Source: an uncultured archaeon
GTDB lineage: Archaea; Asgardarchaeota; Heimdallarchaeia; Heimdallarchaeales; Heimdallarchaeaceae
Assembly (NCBI GenBank): GCA_964534625.1
Contig: CAZHRF010000004.1
Coordinates: 32,001 to 96,000 of the forward strand
Length of the DNA: 64,000 nt
Reading direction: 5' to 3'
In this document: positions 31,045 through 40,976 of the stretch, one piece after another
Position numbering within the stretch: position 1 is the first letter of the stretch
How the letters are laid out: every line of letters starts with the position of its first letter
The notes under the pieces: model-generated
Seen by the model: only the letters and a program-made list of their open reading frames with translations
Told to the model about the DNA's origin: nothing
Databases searched by the model: none
Translations under genes and position numbers: made by a program

Positions 31045-31734
31045 CTATATTTGGGTTGATAAATAGTTCAGTATAATTGTTAGTGGCATTTCATAACTAT
31101 GAGCATCTACATTTGTTGTTTCAAAAAATACTATTTTTCTGTCTAGTACAGATGAAAGTACTATTCTTTCTGCTATATCCTTTCCCAAATATACTCCTTT
31201 TGATTTTAAATCAGCTTTATTGACAAAAACTATAACAGGAATTTCAATATTCTTTCTTTGTTCTTCAACTTGAACCATATTGACATAGTGAACAATTTTT
31301 TCCAAGCTAGAAATATTCGTTCCATCCGCCATAATAATAACTAGATTAGCTCCCTTGATGGCAATATCTTGCATGAAATCAAAACGATCTTGTCCTGCAG
31401 GATCATTAAAAATTACTTGATACGCTTCATCAATACTTTCAAGATCAATAGTTTCAAAATCACTAAATTTCTTGATGATTATTTTATTATATGTTGTTCT
31501 AACTAGAATTGAATTAATCACATTAAGCGAGATAGTTGTAGTTGAGCTGGTAAAATTTGCATATTTAAGGGGAGTAAAATCCAAGTTCGCACTGACTTCT
31601 TTAAATACTTCTCTTACAACATCATTTTTTTCAAAAGACCCAAACAAAGTTTCTAAAAATGTTGTCTTTCCACTTCCTGTTGTTCCTAGTATTGTAATCT
31701 TTTTTTTAATTAAGGGTTCTAAAGAAGAAGTCAT
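31045..31734 (-). CDS. Small GTPase, MglA/Rab-like with insertion
   Basis: G1 GTTGSGKT, G2-like STTTISLN, G3 DPAGQDRF, G4 NKAD, G5 ETTN; ATG 31734 preferred over the track start at 31791. Confidence 0.88.
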   Translation of the reverse strand: MTSSLEPLIKKKITILGTTGSGKTTFLETLFGSFEKNDVVREVFKEVSANLDFTPLKYANFTSSTTTISLNVINSILVRTTYNKIIIKKFSDFETIDLESIDEAYQVIFNDPAGQDRFDFMQDIAIKGANLVIIMADGTNISSLEKIVHYVNMVQVEEQRKNIEIPVIVFVNKADLKSKGVYLGKDIAERIVLSSVLDRKIVFFETTNVDAHSYEMPLTIILNYLSTQI

Positions 31735-31999
31735 TATAATATCTAAAAAACAGTACATACATATCATTGATAAACGTTTGTAGAAAGGCAATCATCAACT
31801 ACCACTGAAAAATAGCAAAACTAATTAATTCTTTGACGAAAATTTTGGAACTTTAATTTTTATAAAGTAGTAGTAAAATGGAAAATATTCAAATATGGTG
31901 TCTCTCAACTGTTATCATTATTCATCAAATATTCTACTTAGATTTATATTCTAAAATATCCGCTATATATTTGATGATAATCTCACAGGATGTTTATAC

Positions 32000-33940
32000 A
32001 TGAACATGAAAAACCACCCATCAGCAAAAACTATCGTTAAACAGATTCTTGATAACACTCAAAGCAAAGACCAGTTTCGTTCATATATTAAACAGTTAAA
32101 CATTAAATTAATAACAGAGTTGTATACTATAGAAATTTCTACATTTGAGAAATTAATTGATATGGCTACCACGTTTGATGATTGGAAATCTATTATCGAT
32201 TTAAAATTTTATCTTGTATTTAAATATATAAGAACAGTTGGTTTCAAGTATCCTGAAAAATTAAAATCATTAAGATTAGATATTAAAAAAGAATCAATTA
32301 AGAATGATTACAAAAAAGGATTGGCACTAAATAAATATCTCATCTGGCAATTAAGCTATTATAGTGAGGACACTCAAAAAGAAAATCAAGGAGATATTGA
32401 CGCAGTTGCGGAAGCATTGAAGATTTATGAAGAAAATAAAATAGACAAAGATGTGCATTATTATACAATTCTTTATAGTGCCATTACAGTTTTATGGTTT
32501 TTTAAAAATAAAGATTCTAAGTATTTGGAGTACCTAGAAGAGTGTCGAGAATTTTATGAAAAGATAGATGCGAGAAATAATATTATTAGAACAAACTATA
32601 TCCTTGCATTAATGTATACTTATTTAAATCTTCCAAATGATGAAACAATTCGCAGAATAAAACAAATCTTAAAAAGAAAAGATCTGGAAAAAACATCCCG
32701 TATAATTGGTTTCCATTCTCTTGCCCATCTCAAAATAATCCAACTAAATTTTAATGAAGTTGAATTCTATTGTACAAAACTTATTGAAGAAACGGAAGAT
32801 ATAACGGAAAATATTTTTGCTTCAATCTATAGCAGATTATATGGTTTGTTATATTTAAGCCAGGTTTATCTTATGAAAACAGATTTTAGTAAAACACTAA
32901 AAACGCTTAAAGAGATACAAAAGACTCTGAACGATAAACAAGTATCAAACTTTTTACCTAAAGGATTCAAAAAAAGATATATCTATATAGCACAATTAAT
33001 TTTATTTAATATCAATGATTTAATGGATAAAAACATTTCACATGTATCCAAAGAATTGTTTAGAGAAAATTTAGAAACTATTCTACAAGTAACTGGTCAC
33101 ACATGGATTACAGAAAGAATTTCGATTAAAATCTTAACCAATTACCTTTCACAGAATTATGAAGAGAATGAAATAAAAAATAAAGAAATAGAAAATAGAG
33201 AAAAATTTCAAGATAAATCAACGGAGAGAAATGAAACAAAAACTGATTCAAATGGGTGGTTATCTGATGATAAACTGCATTTACTAAAAAAACTATTGAA
33301 TGATTTAGCTTTATCACCATCGGAAAATAAATTAATTAGAGTTAGAGAAGAGATACTCTTATTAAATAAAAAAAAGATAAACAATAATGACCCTTCGCTA
33401 CATATTAATATTAATCAGATGTTGATATATGTTATAAAAACATATTTATCGCTTGGATTGTTTGATGAGTTCAAAGTTTTGTTAGAACTAATATCAGATA
33501 TAGAAAATACAAACAAAGATTTACACCAAGATTTTTGGTTATGGCTCCGAACTTTTAGATTAATCGAGGACTATTTAGAAAATACTAAAAATAGTGAAAA
33601 AATAGTTAATAAGCTAGAGAAAGTTATGAATGAAGCAGAAGAATTAGAATTATTCAAAATAAAAAATGAGATAGATATATATAAACAGCTGATCATGCAA
33701 AGAAGTGTGAGAGAAGAGTTCTCAGATGTTTTTGAACAAGAAAGATTTCTGATTCACTATTCTAAACTAGTGGAACAAAAGACAAAAGACTATTTACAAA
33801 AAAAAAAAATAGAACAAAAGCATTGCACTCTTAATGTTCTATTCTATTCTATTCTATTCTATTCTATTCTTGGTTTATTGAGAAGAAATAATAAAATACT
33901 TAATTATTCTCCTTTATATACCATTTTCATCATTTCTTAA
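32000..33940 (+). CDS. Alpha-helical (TPR-like) protein; true stop probably TAG 33810-33812
   Basis: Helical repeats with AVAEALKIYEE, YLEECREFYEK and YLSQVYL patterns; C-terminal extension follows an A12 run and reads through a microsatellite. Confidence 0.7.
   Translation: MNMKNHPSAKTIVKQILDNTQSKDQFRSYIKQLNIKLITELYTIEISTFEKLIDMATTFDDWKSIIDLKFYLVFKYIRTVGFKYPEKLKSLRLDIKKESIKNDYKKGLALNKYLIWQLSYYSEDTQKENQGDIDAVAEALKIYEENKIDKDVHYYTILYSAITVLWFFKNKDSKYLEYLEECREFYEKIDARNNIIRTNYILALMYTYLNLPNDETIRRIKQILKRKDLEKTSRIIGFHSLAHLKIIQLNFNEVEFYCTKLIEETEDITENIFASIYSRLYGLLYLSQVYLMKTDFSKTLKTLKEIQKTLNDKQVSNFLPKGFKKRYIYIAQLILFNINDLMDKNISHVSKELFRENLETILQVTGHTWITERISIKILTNYLSQNYEENEIKNKEIENREKFQDKSTERNETKTDSNGWLSDDKLHLLKKLLNDLALSPSENKLIRVREEILLLNKKKINNNDPSLHININQMLIYVIKTYLSLGLFDEFKVLLELISDIENTNKDLHQDFWLWLRTFRLIEDYLENTKNSEKIVNKLEKVMNEAEELELFKIKNEIDIYKQLIMQRSVREEFSDVFEQERFLIHYSKLVEQKTKDYLQKKKIEQKHCTLNVLFYSILFYSILGLLRRNNKILNYSPLYTIFIIS
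33837..33870. repeat. (ATTCT)n pentanucleotide microsatellite
   Basis: ttct followed by six attct units. Confidence 0.95.
33912..33920 (+). promoter_or_regulatory. Candidate TATA box for the GriC/EhpF-like gene
   Basis: ctttatata about 36 nt upstream of ATG 33956; ggtg SD at 33943. Confidence 0.45.
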
Positions 33941-33955
33941 TTGGTGACAATAGAC

Positions 33956-35110
33956 ATGGCATCAAACACTAATTCAAAACATGAAGTGAAAATTAATCCA
34001 AACAAATTTATCTCAGAGATAATAAATATAGCTATCGATCCAGAGTTGGGATCTCCTTATATGATACAACAAGCTAAAGAAAAACAAATTAAAAGAGGAG
34101 ACATTAACTCATGGAATGATTTACGAACACATTTTGATCCCGTATCACCTGATATATTTAAAGAAAAACCCACGATGTTTAACACAACTAAATGGGCACT
34201 GAAAAGAGCTCAAACTAAACCTGGCTATGAATTGATGATGGGTGAAACAGGTGGTACAACAGGAGCACCAAAAAAGACGACATTTTCTGTTAATATGCTT
34301 AAAAATATCGACGATATACTCGCTCAAGATGAATACGATATTCATACAGGAACATTTAACGCCATCCATAAAGAATTTGTATTGTTAGCAGATAAATTTG
34401 GTGTTAAAACAAATCTAAATTGGTTAGCGATGTTACCAACAGGCCCTCATCCGGTGGGAAAATGGGCTACAACATATTGGGAACCTTATTTTGCTAATTT
34501 AGTGTGGCATATAGATTTAGATCCAAGATTTATAAAAAAGGCTATGGTGGCTGATCCTAAGATTGGCGGAATGTATCTCAAACATTTACAAGACCAAGCA
34601 CAAAATCTTATCAAACAAGAGTTTCCACTAATTAACGGGATTTTTACAACCAGCATAATTATAGAAAAAATGTTCCCCATTGTTAAAAAGATGCGAGAAG
34701 AAGGTAATTTACAAGCAATTGTACACGGAGGAGCACCTATGAGTGAAGAGACTCATCGAATATTAATTGAAGACCTTAAAATACCTGTTATTGGTGTTTA
34801 TGGACAATCTTTATTTGGTGTTCTCTGGCAATCTCCTATTTTAGATGGAACGCATATTGACTATTTCCCATATAGTCGTATGAACTGTTATGTAACAGGT
34901 GATGTATCTAATCCTGCAGAAAATATTGTAGAATATGGCGAGATAGGTACAGTTGTGAGCCAACGAGTTAGTCCTGAATGCGTGATCCCTCATATGATTC
35001 AAGATGGGGATCTAGGTACCAGAATTAAACCTAAAGGATCATTTGAAAAAGATGGTGTAAGAGATCCACATAGAGAACTCAAACAAGGACAACAAATGGG
35101 GGTATACTAG
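33956..35110 (+). CDS. GriC/EhpF-like AMP-forming aryl-carboxylate ligase (LuxE/PaaK-related)
   Basis: GSPY, GETGGTTGAPK P-loop, LPTGPHPVG, IDLDPRFIKK, HGGAPM, GVYGQSLFG, VEYGEIG, DGVRDP and terminal GVY. Confidence 0.8.
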   Translation: MASNTNSKHEVKINPNKFISEIINIAIDPELGSPYMIQQAKEKQIKRGDINSWNDLRTHFDPVSPDIFKEKPTMFNTTKWALKRAQTKPGYELMMGETGGTTGAPKKTTFSVNMLKNIDDILAQDEYDIHTGTFNAIHKEFVLLADKFGVKTNLNWLAMLPTGPHPVGKWATTYWEPYFANLVWHIDLDPRFIKKAMVADPKIGGMYLKHLQDQAQNLIKQEFPLINGIFTTSIIIEKMFPIVKKMREEGNLQAIVHGGAPMSEETHRILIEDLKIPVIGVYGQSLFGVLWQSPILDGTHIDYFPYSRMNCYVTGDVSNPAENIVEYGEIGTVVSQRVSPECVIPHMIQDGDLGTRIKPKGSFEKDGVRDPHRELKQGQQMGVY

Positions 35111-35295
35111 TAATAATTCACCCTCTTTTTTCTTTAGTATATAGTTCAATCTTGTTCCATCTCTCTATTTTTCGAAAAAACCTTTTTTGTAACACTGTTT
35201 TTTGTCGGAGATTTATTCTTATTTACGTTAAAATGGCTTTCTATGAAATAACTTTAAATAATAACCTCTCTTATTTTTTATTGGTTTGAGAACTG

Positions 35296-36141
35296 ATGAC
35301 AGAAGACGAATTAACTTTCGAAGTAAAAGACTTTCCGAGCAATAGAATAGATGTATTAGCTATACATAGTCAAAAAGGCGGTCCAGGAAAAAGCACCCTT
35401 AGCTGTAATATTGCTTATGATTTAGCAGAACGAGGACATAAAACTCTTCTTGTGGATTTAGATGTAGCTCAGCCAAGTATTAATTATCTATTCAATATTG
35501 ATCAAGCTGACATAACATGCACAATAAATGATATACTATTAGGAAAAAAGTCAATGACAAGACATTCTCCTGTGAAGACCGCTCATCCTAATTTAGATAT
35601 TTTTCCAGCTGACTTAAAAGTAGATATAGGAAAAGGACTGCTCAAGCTCCTAGAATCCATTCAAAACAAATCTTTCTTCTATCTACACCAATTAATTAGC
35701 AAAGCACTCAAGATTGGTTACAGATTTTTAATTTTCGATTGTGCCCCTGGTTATAAACTCGAATCGGTTACAGCAGCAGGTCTTAGCGATACCCGTCTTT
35801 TTGTTATTAAACCTTCCACTTTTTCTTTTGGGGGGGCGAAAGAAATGTTGAAAACCATCTATACAAGCTTAGATGTGGACGCTACAACATTTTTTTTGTT
35901 TAATCAAGTACCTCCGAATCTTGATGAAAAAGAGACAAACTTGCTCTTGGGATGGGTAGATGAATTAAAGAGCAATTATAAAGGTAGATTGGAATTTTTG
36001 GGAAATTTCCCTCTAGATTTTGGCATAATAAAAAATGGCATTGTTGGTAAATATATTATCTCTAAAGATTCTGGTGTCTATCCATTATTAAAATCGATAG
36101 TTGACCGTATTATTCAAGACCTAGATGAGAGAAAAAAATAA
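35296..36141 (+). CDS. MinD/ParA-family ATPase
   Basis: Deviant Walker A HSQKGGPGKST, LLVDLD, IFDCAPG, FNQVP. Confidence 0.9.
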   Translation: MTEDELTFEVKDFPSNRIDVLAIHSQKGGPGKSTLSCNIAYDLAERGHKTLLVDLDVAQPSINYLFNIDQADITCTINDILLGKKSMTRHSPVKTAHPNLDIFPADLKVDIGKGLLKLLESIQNKSFFYLHQLISKALKIGYRFLIFDCAPGYKLESVTAAGLSDTRLFVIKPSTFSFGGAKEMLKTIYTSLDVDATTFFLFNQVPPNLDEKETNLLLGWVDELKSNYKGRLEFLGNFPLDFGIIKNGIVGKYIISKDSGVYPLLKSIVDRIIQDLDERKK

Positions 36142-36319
36142 GATTTTCTCATCTCACTGATCCGAACTCCATATTCTAAATTAGTACAACAGCAGACAAA
36201 AATGCATATTTGATGTGTGTATATTATCATTGAATTATTGTTGACAACAAATTTATTGGAACTTTCTTTTAATAATATGCATAAAAAAAACATTTATTTG
36301 AGACACATCCTCAATCACT

Positions 36320-36934
36320 GTGAATAAAAAAAAAGGTCAAATTATGAATAACACTCCTCTCTCATTAAGTTATTTAACAATTATTCAATCTACTGGTGTA
36401 CCATTGTATAGTAGTTCCTTTAATTTTATTGATGATGAAAACTGTAGGAACTTTAATGGAAGATTGGAACTCACTAATCATAATCTGCTTTTTGGTGGAA
36501 TATTTTCTGCCATTTGTAATTTAAGTGCAGAAATAATGAAGGATGAATTAGAGAATATTAATATTCATCTGTCTTCTTATGATCTTTTCTGCTTAACAAA
36601 AAATAATCTTTTGTTTATAGGTGTTTTCGAAAGGGTAAGCAATCAGGGAAATGATCAAGAAATTAGTAAAATAATACTTGATACTATGTCTACTATAGCA
36701 AAGTGTTTCTTTAAGACTTACCCACAAGAAGAAATTATGCAAAACGATTTCACAATTAATCGATTTAACGGATTTAATGAACATCTCACGAAAATGAACC
36801 TTTCTATTTCAAATTGTAGAAATTGCCTAAAAAAGTGTTCAGATAAGTTTCAATGCTGTATACCCCATCAAATTTATTTTGAGAAAACCCTAAATAAAGA
36901 TAAAAACACAAATAAAGAAGAAAGTGAAAAGTGA
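36320..36934 (+). CDS. Longin-like domain protein with Cys-rich C-terminal motif
   Basis: LTIIQSTGVPLYS and LFGGIFSAICNLSAEIM pattern typical of Asgard longin-like domains; CRNCLKKCSDKFQCCIPH tail. Start probably ATG 36344. Confidence 0.6.
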   Translation: MNKKKGQIMNNTPLSLSYLTIIQSTGVPLYSSSFNFIDDENCRNFNGRLELTNHNLLFGGIFSAICNLSAEIMKDELENINIHLSSYDLFCLTKNNLLFIGVFERVSNQGNDQEISKIILDTMSTIAKCFFKTYPQEEIMQNDFTINRFNGFNEHLTKMNLSISNCRNCLKKCSDKFQCCIPHQIYFEKTLNKDKNTNKEESEK

Positions 36935-37016
36935 ATAATCAGCACTATAGTTTCACATATGCATTCAAAATCTACATATTTTATTAATTGTGTTTAAAGA
37001 TAGACTAATCTATTAC

Positions 37017-37253
37017 TTAAGAACAAATTGCTCTTGAACTTATGTATACGTTATCATAACCTAATGCGCGTACAACTTTTAATAGCTTCCTTGAATTGGT
37101 AATAGTATCATCTAAAACGAGTGTGGCTTTTTTTTCTTTTTCATTGATTTCTGATTTCTGAACGCCAGCTAAATATTTGAAAGTTACTTTTAATGTATGG
37201 TACTCTGTCTCGTTTTCAAGTGTATCAATATTTAGTTCGACTTCTTCTGTCAT
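37017..37253 (-). CDS. HMA-fold (CopZ-like) protein lacking the CxxC motif
   Basis: LAGVQKSEINEKEKKATLVLD...LLKVVRALGY matches the HMA pattern; ENETE replaces CxxC. Confidence 0.6.
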   Translation of the reverse strand: MTEEVELNIDTLENETEYHTLKVTFKYLAGVQKSEINEKEKKATLVLDDTITNSRKLLKVVRALGYDNVYISSRAICS

Positions 37254-37500
37254 CCTTTTCACTTCTTTCTAAGTAGCTTTATATACTTCACCTATTTAAA
37301 TCTCACTAATGCTCCACTTTTAAAACGCATTCTTATGTTGTTTGTAAAGCATCATCATGAAATAAATTTTTTTTTTAACCAAATAAGAACTATTTAGTTC
37401 TCATGAAATTAAAGTAAAAAGTGAAAGATAGTAAAAATAGAGAGACAAAGTTTAAATGTTTATTAGTAATTTTGTTGAATTTTTTCTTATTCACAACATA

Positions 37501-37668
37501 TTAGTCGTCATAAGGTTCAAATTCTTCTTTGCCAACACCACATTCGGGACAGATCCAATCATCTGGTAAATCTTCGAATGTTGTTCCAGGTTCGACGCCT
37601 GCAGCTGGATCACCTAGCTCTGGGTCGTATATATATCCACACATAGTACAAATCCATTTTCCACTCAT
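37501..37668 (-). CDS. Rubredoxin (55 aa, not in ORF track)
   Basis: [55 protein letters not shown]; aaggtg SD. Confidence 0.97.
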   Translation of the reverse strand: MSGKWICTMCGYIYDPELGDPAAGVEPGTTFEDLPDDWICPECGVGKEEFEPYDD

Positions 37669-37872
37669 ATTTTACACCTTAGTTAAATTTCTGCAATTTT
37701 AAAAGAAAATAATCCTTATTAAAACTTTCTTATTTAACTATTAATTAACAGACAATTTAACAATAGTAAAAGTGGAGATACTGTTGGGTGGAAAGGGAGT
37801 ATGTATTCATAATACTTTTAAGTACAAGCTATTGTACCTACTAAATCAAATGTTCGAAGTTTAGTATTACAT

Positions 37873-38370
37873 TTGATATTTGAGATGAAAAAGATGGCAA
37901 ATAAAGTTACAAAAGATAGCATTGTTAAAGTGCATTATATAGGAACATTTCCTAAAACTGATGATATTTTCGATACTAGTAGAAAAGAAATAGCCAAAGA
38001 TAAGGGAATCTATACGGAAAAAAGAGATTATGCCCCGTTAGAAGTAAAAATGGGCGAGAAACAAGTAATTGTAGGATTTGAAAATGCTTTATTAGATATG
38101 AAGGAAGGAGAACGAAAAAAAGTTACTATACCCCCAGAGCAAGCGTATGGTCAACCAACTGAACAAAGAATTGTTGACGTTCCATCTACGAATTTTGATC
38201 AAGCTGACGTTAAACCAGAAAAAGGGATGTTAATTCAAACGCAACAAGGTATAGCTGCAATAGTTGATATTGATGAAGATCAGCAAACAATTAAACTTGA
38301 TTTTAATCATCCTTTAGCCGGTAAAACATTAGAATTCGATCTTGAAGTAGTTGAGGTCAAACAAGAATAA
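37873..38370 (+). CDS. FKBP-type peptidyl-prolyl isomerase (SlyD-like short archaeal FKBP)
   Basis: VKVHYIG, FDTS, GFENAL, IPPEQAYG, LDFNHPLAGKTLEF. Confidence 0.95.
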   Translation: MIFEMKKMANKVTKDSIVKVHYIGTFPKTDDIFDTSRKEIAKDKGIYTEKRDYAPLEVKMGEKQVIVGFENALLDMKEGERKKVTIPPEQAYGQPTEQRIVDVPSTNFDQADVKPEKGMLIQTQQGIAAIVDIDEDQQTIKLDFNHPLAGKTLEFDLEVVEVKQE

Positions 38371-38389
38371 GATTGAAATCTACACCGAC

Positions 38390-39178
38390 TTAAATATACC
38401 ATAAAACGTCTACTATTTCACTTCTCTGTTCTTTTTTTGTATATATGTATAACAAATCTTTAGCAATTAGGGCATCAATATGTTTGTAAATTTCTTTTTG
38501 TGGAAGTGTCAAAGTATTTTTTAGCATATTGATTGAAACTCCTCCAAGTCTATGATACTTAAGCACCATTAACAGCATTTCTCGTTTAACATCATCTAAT
38601 GATAATAATTTCTGTATTTCGAAATATTCTGGAACTAGATATTCTAAGACCATTTTTTCTATTTTTCTTGCAAGTATTTCAAATATGCGTTTATAAGAAT
38701 CGAGATGATGCTCACAGCTATCAAACCATGTAATAAATCGCTCCAATAAAACAATTAATTCTTCGTTCATTTGTAAATATTGCAGAAATATCTCATCTTT
38801 TACAAGTATGAAAATAATAGTGGGGACGAGGTTAATACCTGTATCAAAAACCATCCCGATAGGGATTGCTTTATGGCCATTTATTTGTAGTGGATTGTCA
38901 AAAAAATTGAATCTGTTAGAAGAATCTGCAAAACTATCAACAAATAATTGACAACCTTCAATATTTACCCAACGAGCAAGAGAGAGTTCAGCTAAGGGAT
39001 CATTATGAAACGTATAAAATGGTGCAAAATCTGAGGATGGAGTTATTTTCATATAAACAAAAAGATTGAATTTTATTGAAGAATCAGAGAAAGCAAAATG
39101 AATTTCTTCATCTGTTTCTGTATGTATATCATGTTCAAAATTTAAAGGATCTCTTTTTTTCTGTTCGTTTTTCATCAT
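38390..39178 (-). CDS. Hypothetical protein with C-terminal winged HTH
   Basis: GVSINMLKNTLTLPQKEIYKHIDALIAKDLL wHTH; 7 bp downstream of the XPD-like gene. Confidence 0.6.
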   Translation of the reverse strand: MMKNEQKKRDPLNFEHDIHTETDEEIHFAFSDSSIKFNLFVYMKITPSSDFAPFYTFHNDPLAELSLARWVNIEGCQLFVDSFADSSNRFNFFDNPLQINGHKAIPIGMVFDTGINLVPTIIFILVKDEIFLQYLQMNEELIVLLERFITWFDSCEHHLDSYKRIFEILARKIEKMVLEYLVPEYFEIQKLLSLDDVKREMLLMVLKYHRLGGVSINMLKNTLTLPQKEIYKHIDALIAKDLLYIYTKKEQRSEIVDVLWYI

Positions 39179-39185
39179 TTTTCGC

Positions 39186-40976
39186 TCACTTATTTAAGAA
39201 TAGGTGTATAGATTTTGCCATCATTTTTGCGTTATAATAGCGTTGGAAATGAAAATCTTTATTGAACCGGGTTCCACGAGGATCTAACAAAACATGAACA
39301 GCTTTATCATTTCCAGATCGTATGGCTCTTCCAAAAGATTGAGCTAAACGTTGAGCTGTTGGAATTGAAATGGTAAAATCTCTGGCTAATTTACTACCGA
39401 ATTTTTGTTTCAATTCATCAAAAATAAACTCTTTTTCGATACTAGGCGGAGGATAGGGTAGAGTACAAACAACAACAGCTTCAATCAGACTCTTACCATT
39501 AGACGTAAATTCGATTCCCTCACTAATTTTGCCCCCTATAACACACCCTACAAGTTTATGTGAAGAATTGAGAAGAATAGTTTTGAAAAAACTAATATCG
39601 ATTTTTGGTTCTTCAACAATATCAAAATCAACCTTAGTCAAGGTCTGTAAATTATGTAAATAATTATAGCTACTAGCAAAAACCAGCATATGACCAGGAA
39701 CAGCTTGATGAATGGTTCGAATAGCTTTGCAAATATCAATATAATAAGTCTCTGTTCTATTTAGATACTTTCCCATGAAACGCTTGTTCATAAGTATATA
39801 GGCACGACTTTGTTCCTCATCTTTAGAAGGAAAAATCCTTAAACAGTTTGAATGAGGGAGAGCATAGAGTTTTTGAAAAGCAGTGACAGGTTCAAAAGAT
39901 CCTGACATTAAAATAATCCTTGCTGCCCCCCATATTTTTGACAATACATCAGAAGGGAGAGGATTCACTAGAGTAAGTTTTTTGGTATCACTAATCACTG
40001 TTTTACCTTGAGCTTGAAGAAGGAAATAATAAGCCAAATAAGCATTAACCTTAGGTATAGTATCAGAGCTGATGTGAGATTTAATTTGAGGGAGCAAAAT
40101 AGACCCTAGATCCTTTAGTTCTTGAGAGAGAATAGCCAATTCTACTAGTTGTTCATCTTTTCCTATATTTAGCAATGTTTGAAATGAATTATGCGGTAGT
40201 TCAGTATTGGCTTTTTTGACTATATTTAGGCTGATTTCGGGATTCAATGGGGCATATAAGTTATGTGCTTCATCAATAGCAATAAGTAGATCACTAAGAT
40301 CACAACCAAGTCGGTATAGAAACGTTTTAAACAGAATTAAATTCTCCAAGAACGGATAAGAGGCTATTAAAATATCTGCTTTTGAAACTAATATATGACT
40401 AAAAAAATAAGGACATAAATTTCCATCAGTAAAAAAATTATAGATATCGTCAGGAACAAGCATATTAGGAAAGATTTGAAAACAATTCTGGATAAGCACC
40501 CGTATCTGATTATCTTCTAACCGTTTAGTTTTGTTTTTAAGAGGACAACTAGTGAATTCACATATGTGGCTGTAAATTTCGCTGGGCAAAGAATTTCTTT
40601 TTTTAAGACAAAGCTCGTTTTTTCCTAAAACGGGGAGAATAAACGGAAAATGCTCAAAATGCTCCTCCACTTGTTTCCAATTTTTTAAAACCTGTCTATA
40701 AATAAGTGCTAATTCTCTTAAAAAAACATTTATTTGTGCTTTTGTTCTCACAAAAATAACAATTTTCTGGTGAGGTTTTTTAAGCGCCATGAGTGAGGTT
40801 AATAAAGCAGCTGATTTTCCCACACCGGTCTTAGTAGAGAAAAACAATGTTTGATTTGATGTTAAGACTTCCTGAATAAACTGTTTTTGTGTTAGTTTTA
40901 TTCTTGGATATGGCCAAATATATTTAATTGTGTTTAAACGATCTTGAGCGATAATTGAACCCTTTAGTGTTTTCAT
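39186..40976 (-). CDS. XPD/Rad3/DinG-family Fe-S helicase
   Basis: TKTGVGKS, FVRTKAQ, four Fe-S Cys (ELC, HIC, SCP, LCPYF), IDEAHNL, MSGS, GGKISEGIEF, QSFGRAIR. Confidence 0.9.
   Translation of the reverse strand: MKTLKGSIIAQDRLNTIKYIWPYPRIKLTQKQFIQEVLTSNQTLFFSTKTGVGKSAALLTSLMALKKPHQKIVIFVRTKAQINVFLRELALIYRQVLKNWKQVEEHFEHFPFILPVLGKNELCLKKRNSLPSEIYSHICEFTSCPLKNKTKRLEDNQIRVLIQNCFQIFPNMLVPDDIYNFFTDGNLCPYFFSHILVSKADILIASYPFLENLILFKTFLYRLGCDLSDLLIAIDEAHNLYAPLNPEISLNIVKKANTELPHNSFQTLLNIGKDEQLVELAILSQELKDLGSILLPQIKSHISSDTIPKVNAYLAYYFLLQAQGKTVISDTKKLTLVNPLPSDVLSKIWGAARIILMSGSFEPVTAFQKLYALPHSNCLRIFPSKDEEQSRAYILMNKRFMGKYLNRTETYYIDICKAIRTIHQAVPGHMLVFASSYNYLHNLQTLTKVDFDIVEEPKIDISFFKTILLNSSHKLVGCVIGGKISEGIEFTSNGKSLIEAVVVCTLPYPPPSIEKEFIFDELKQKFGSKLARDFTISIPTAQRLAQSFGRAIRSGNDKAVHVLLDPRGTRFNKDFHFQRYYNAKMMAKSIHLFLNK

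Noticed and set aside
35296-36141. ParA as evidence of an integrated plasmid or transposon
   Set aside because: No ParB, integrase, replication gene or att sites nearby; the context is signalling genes.
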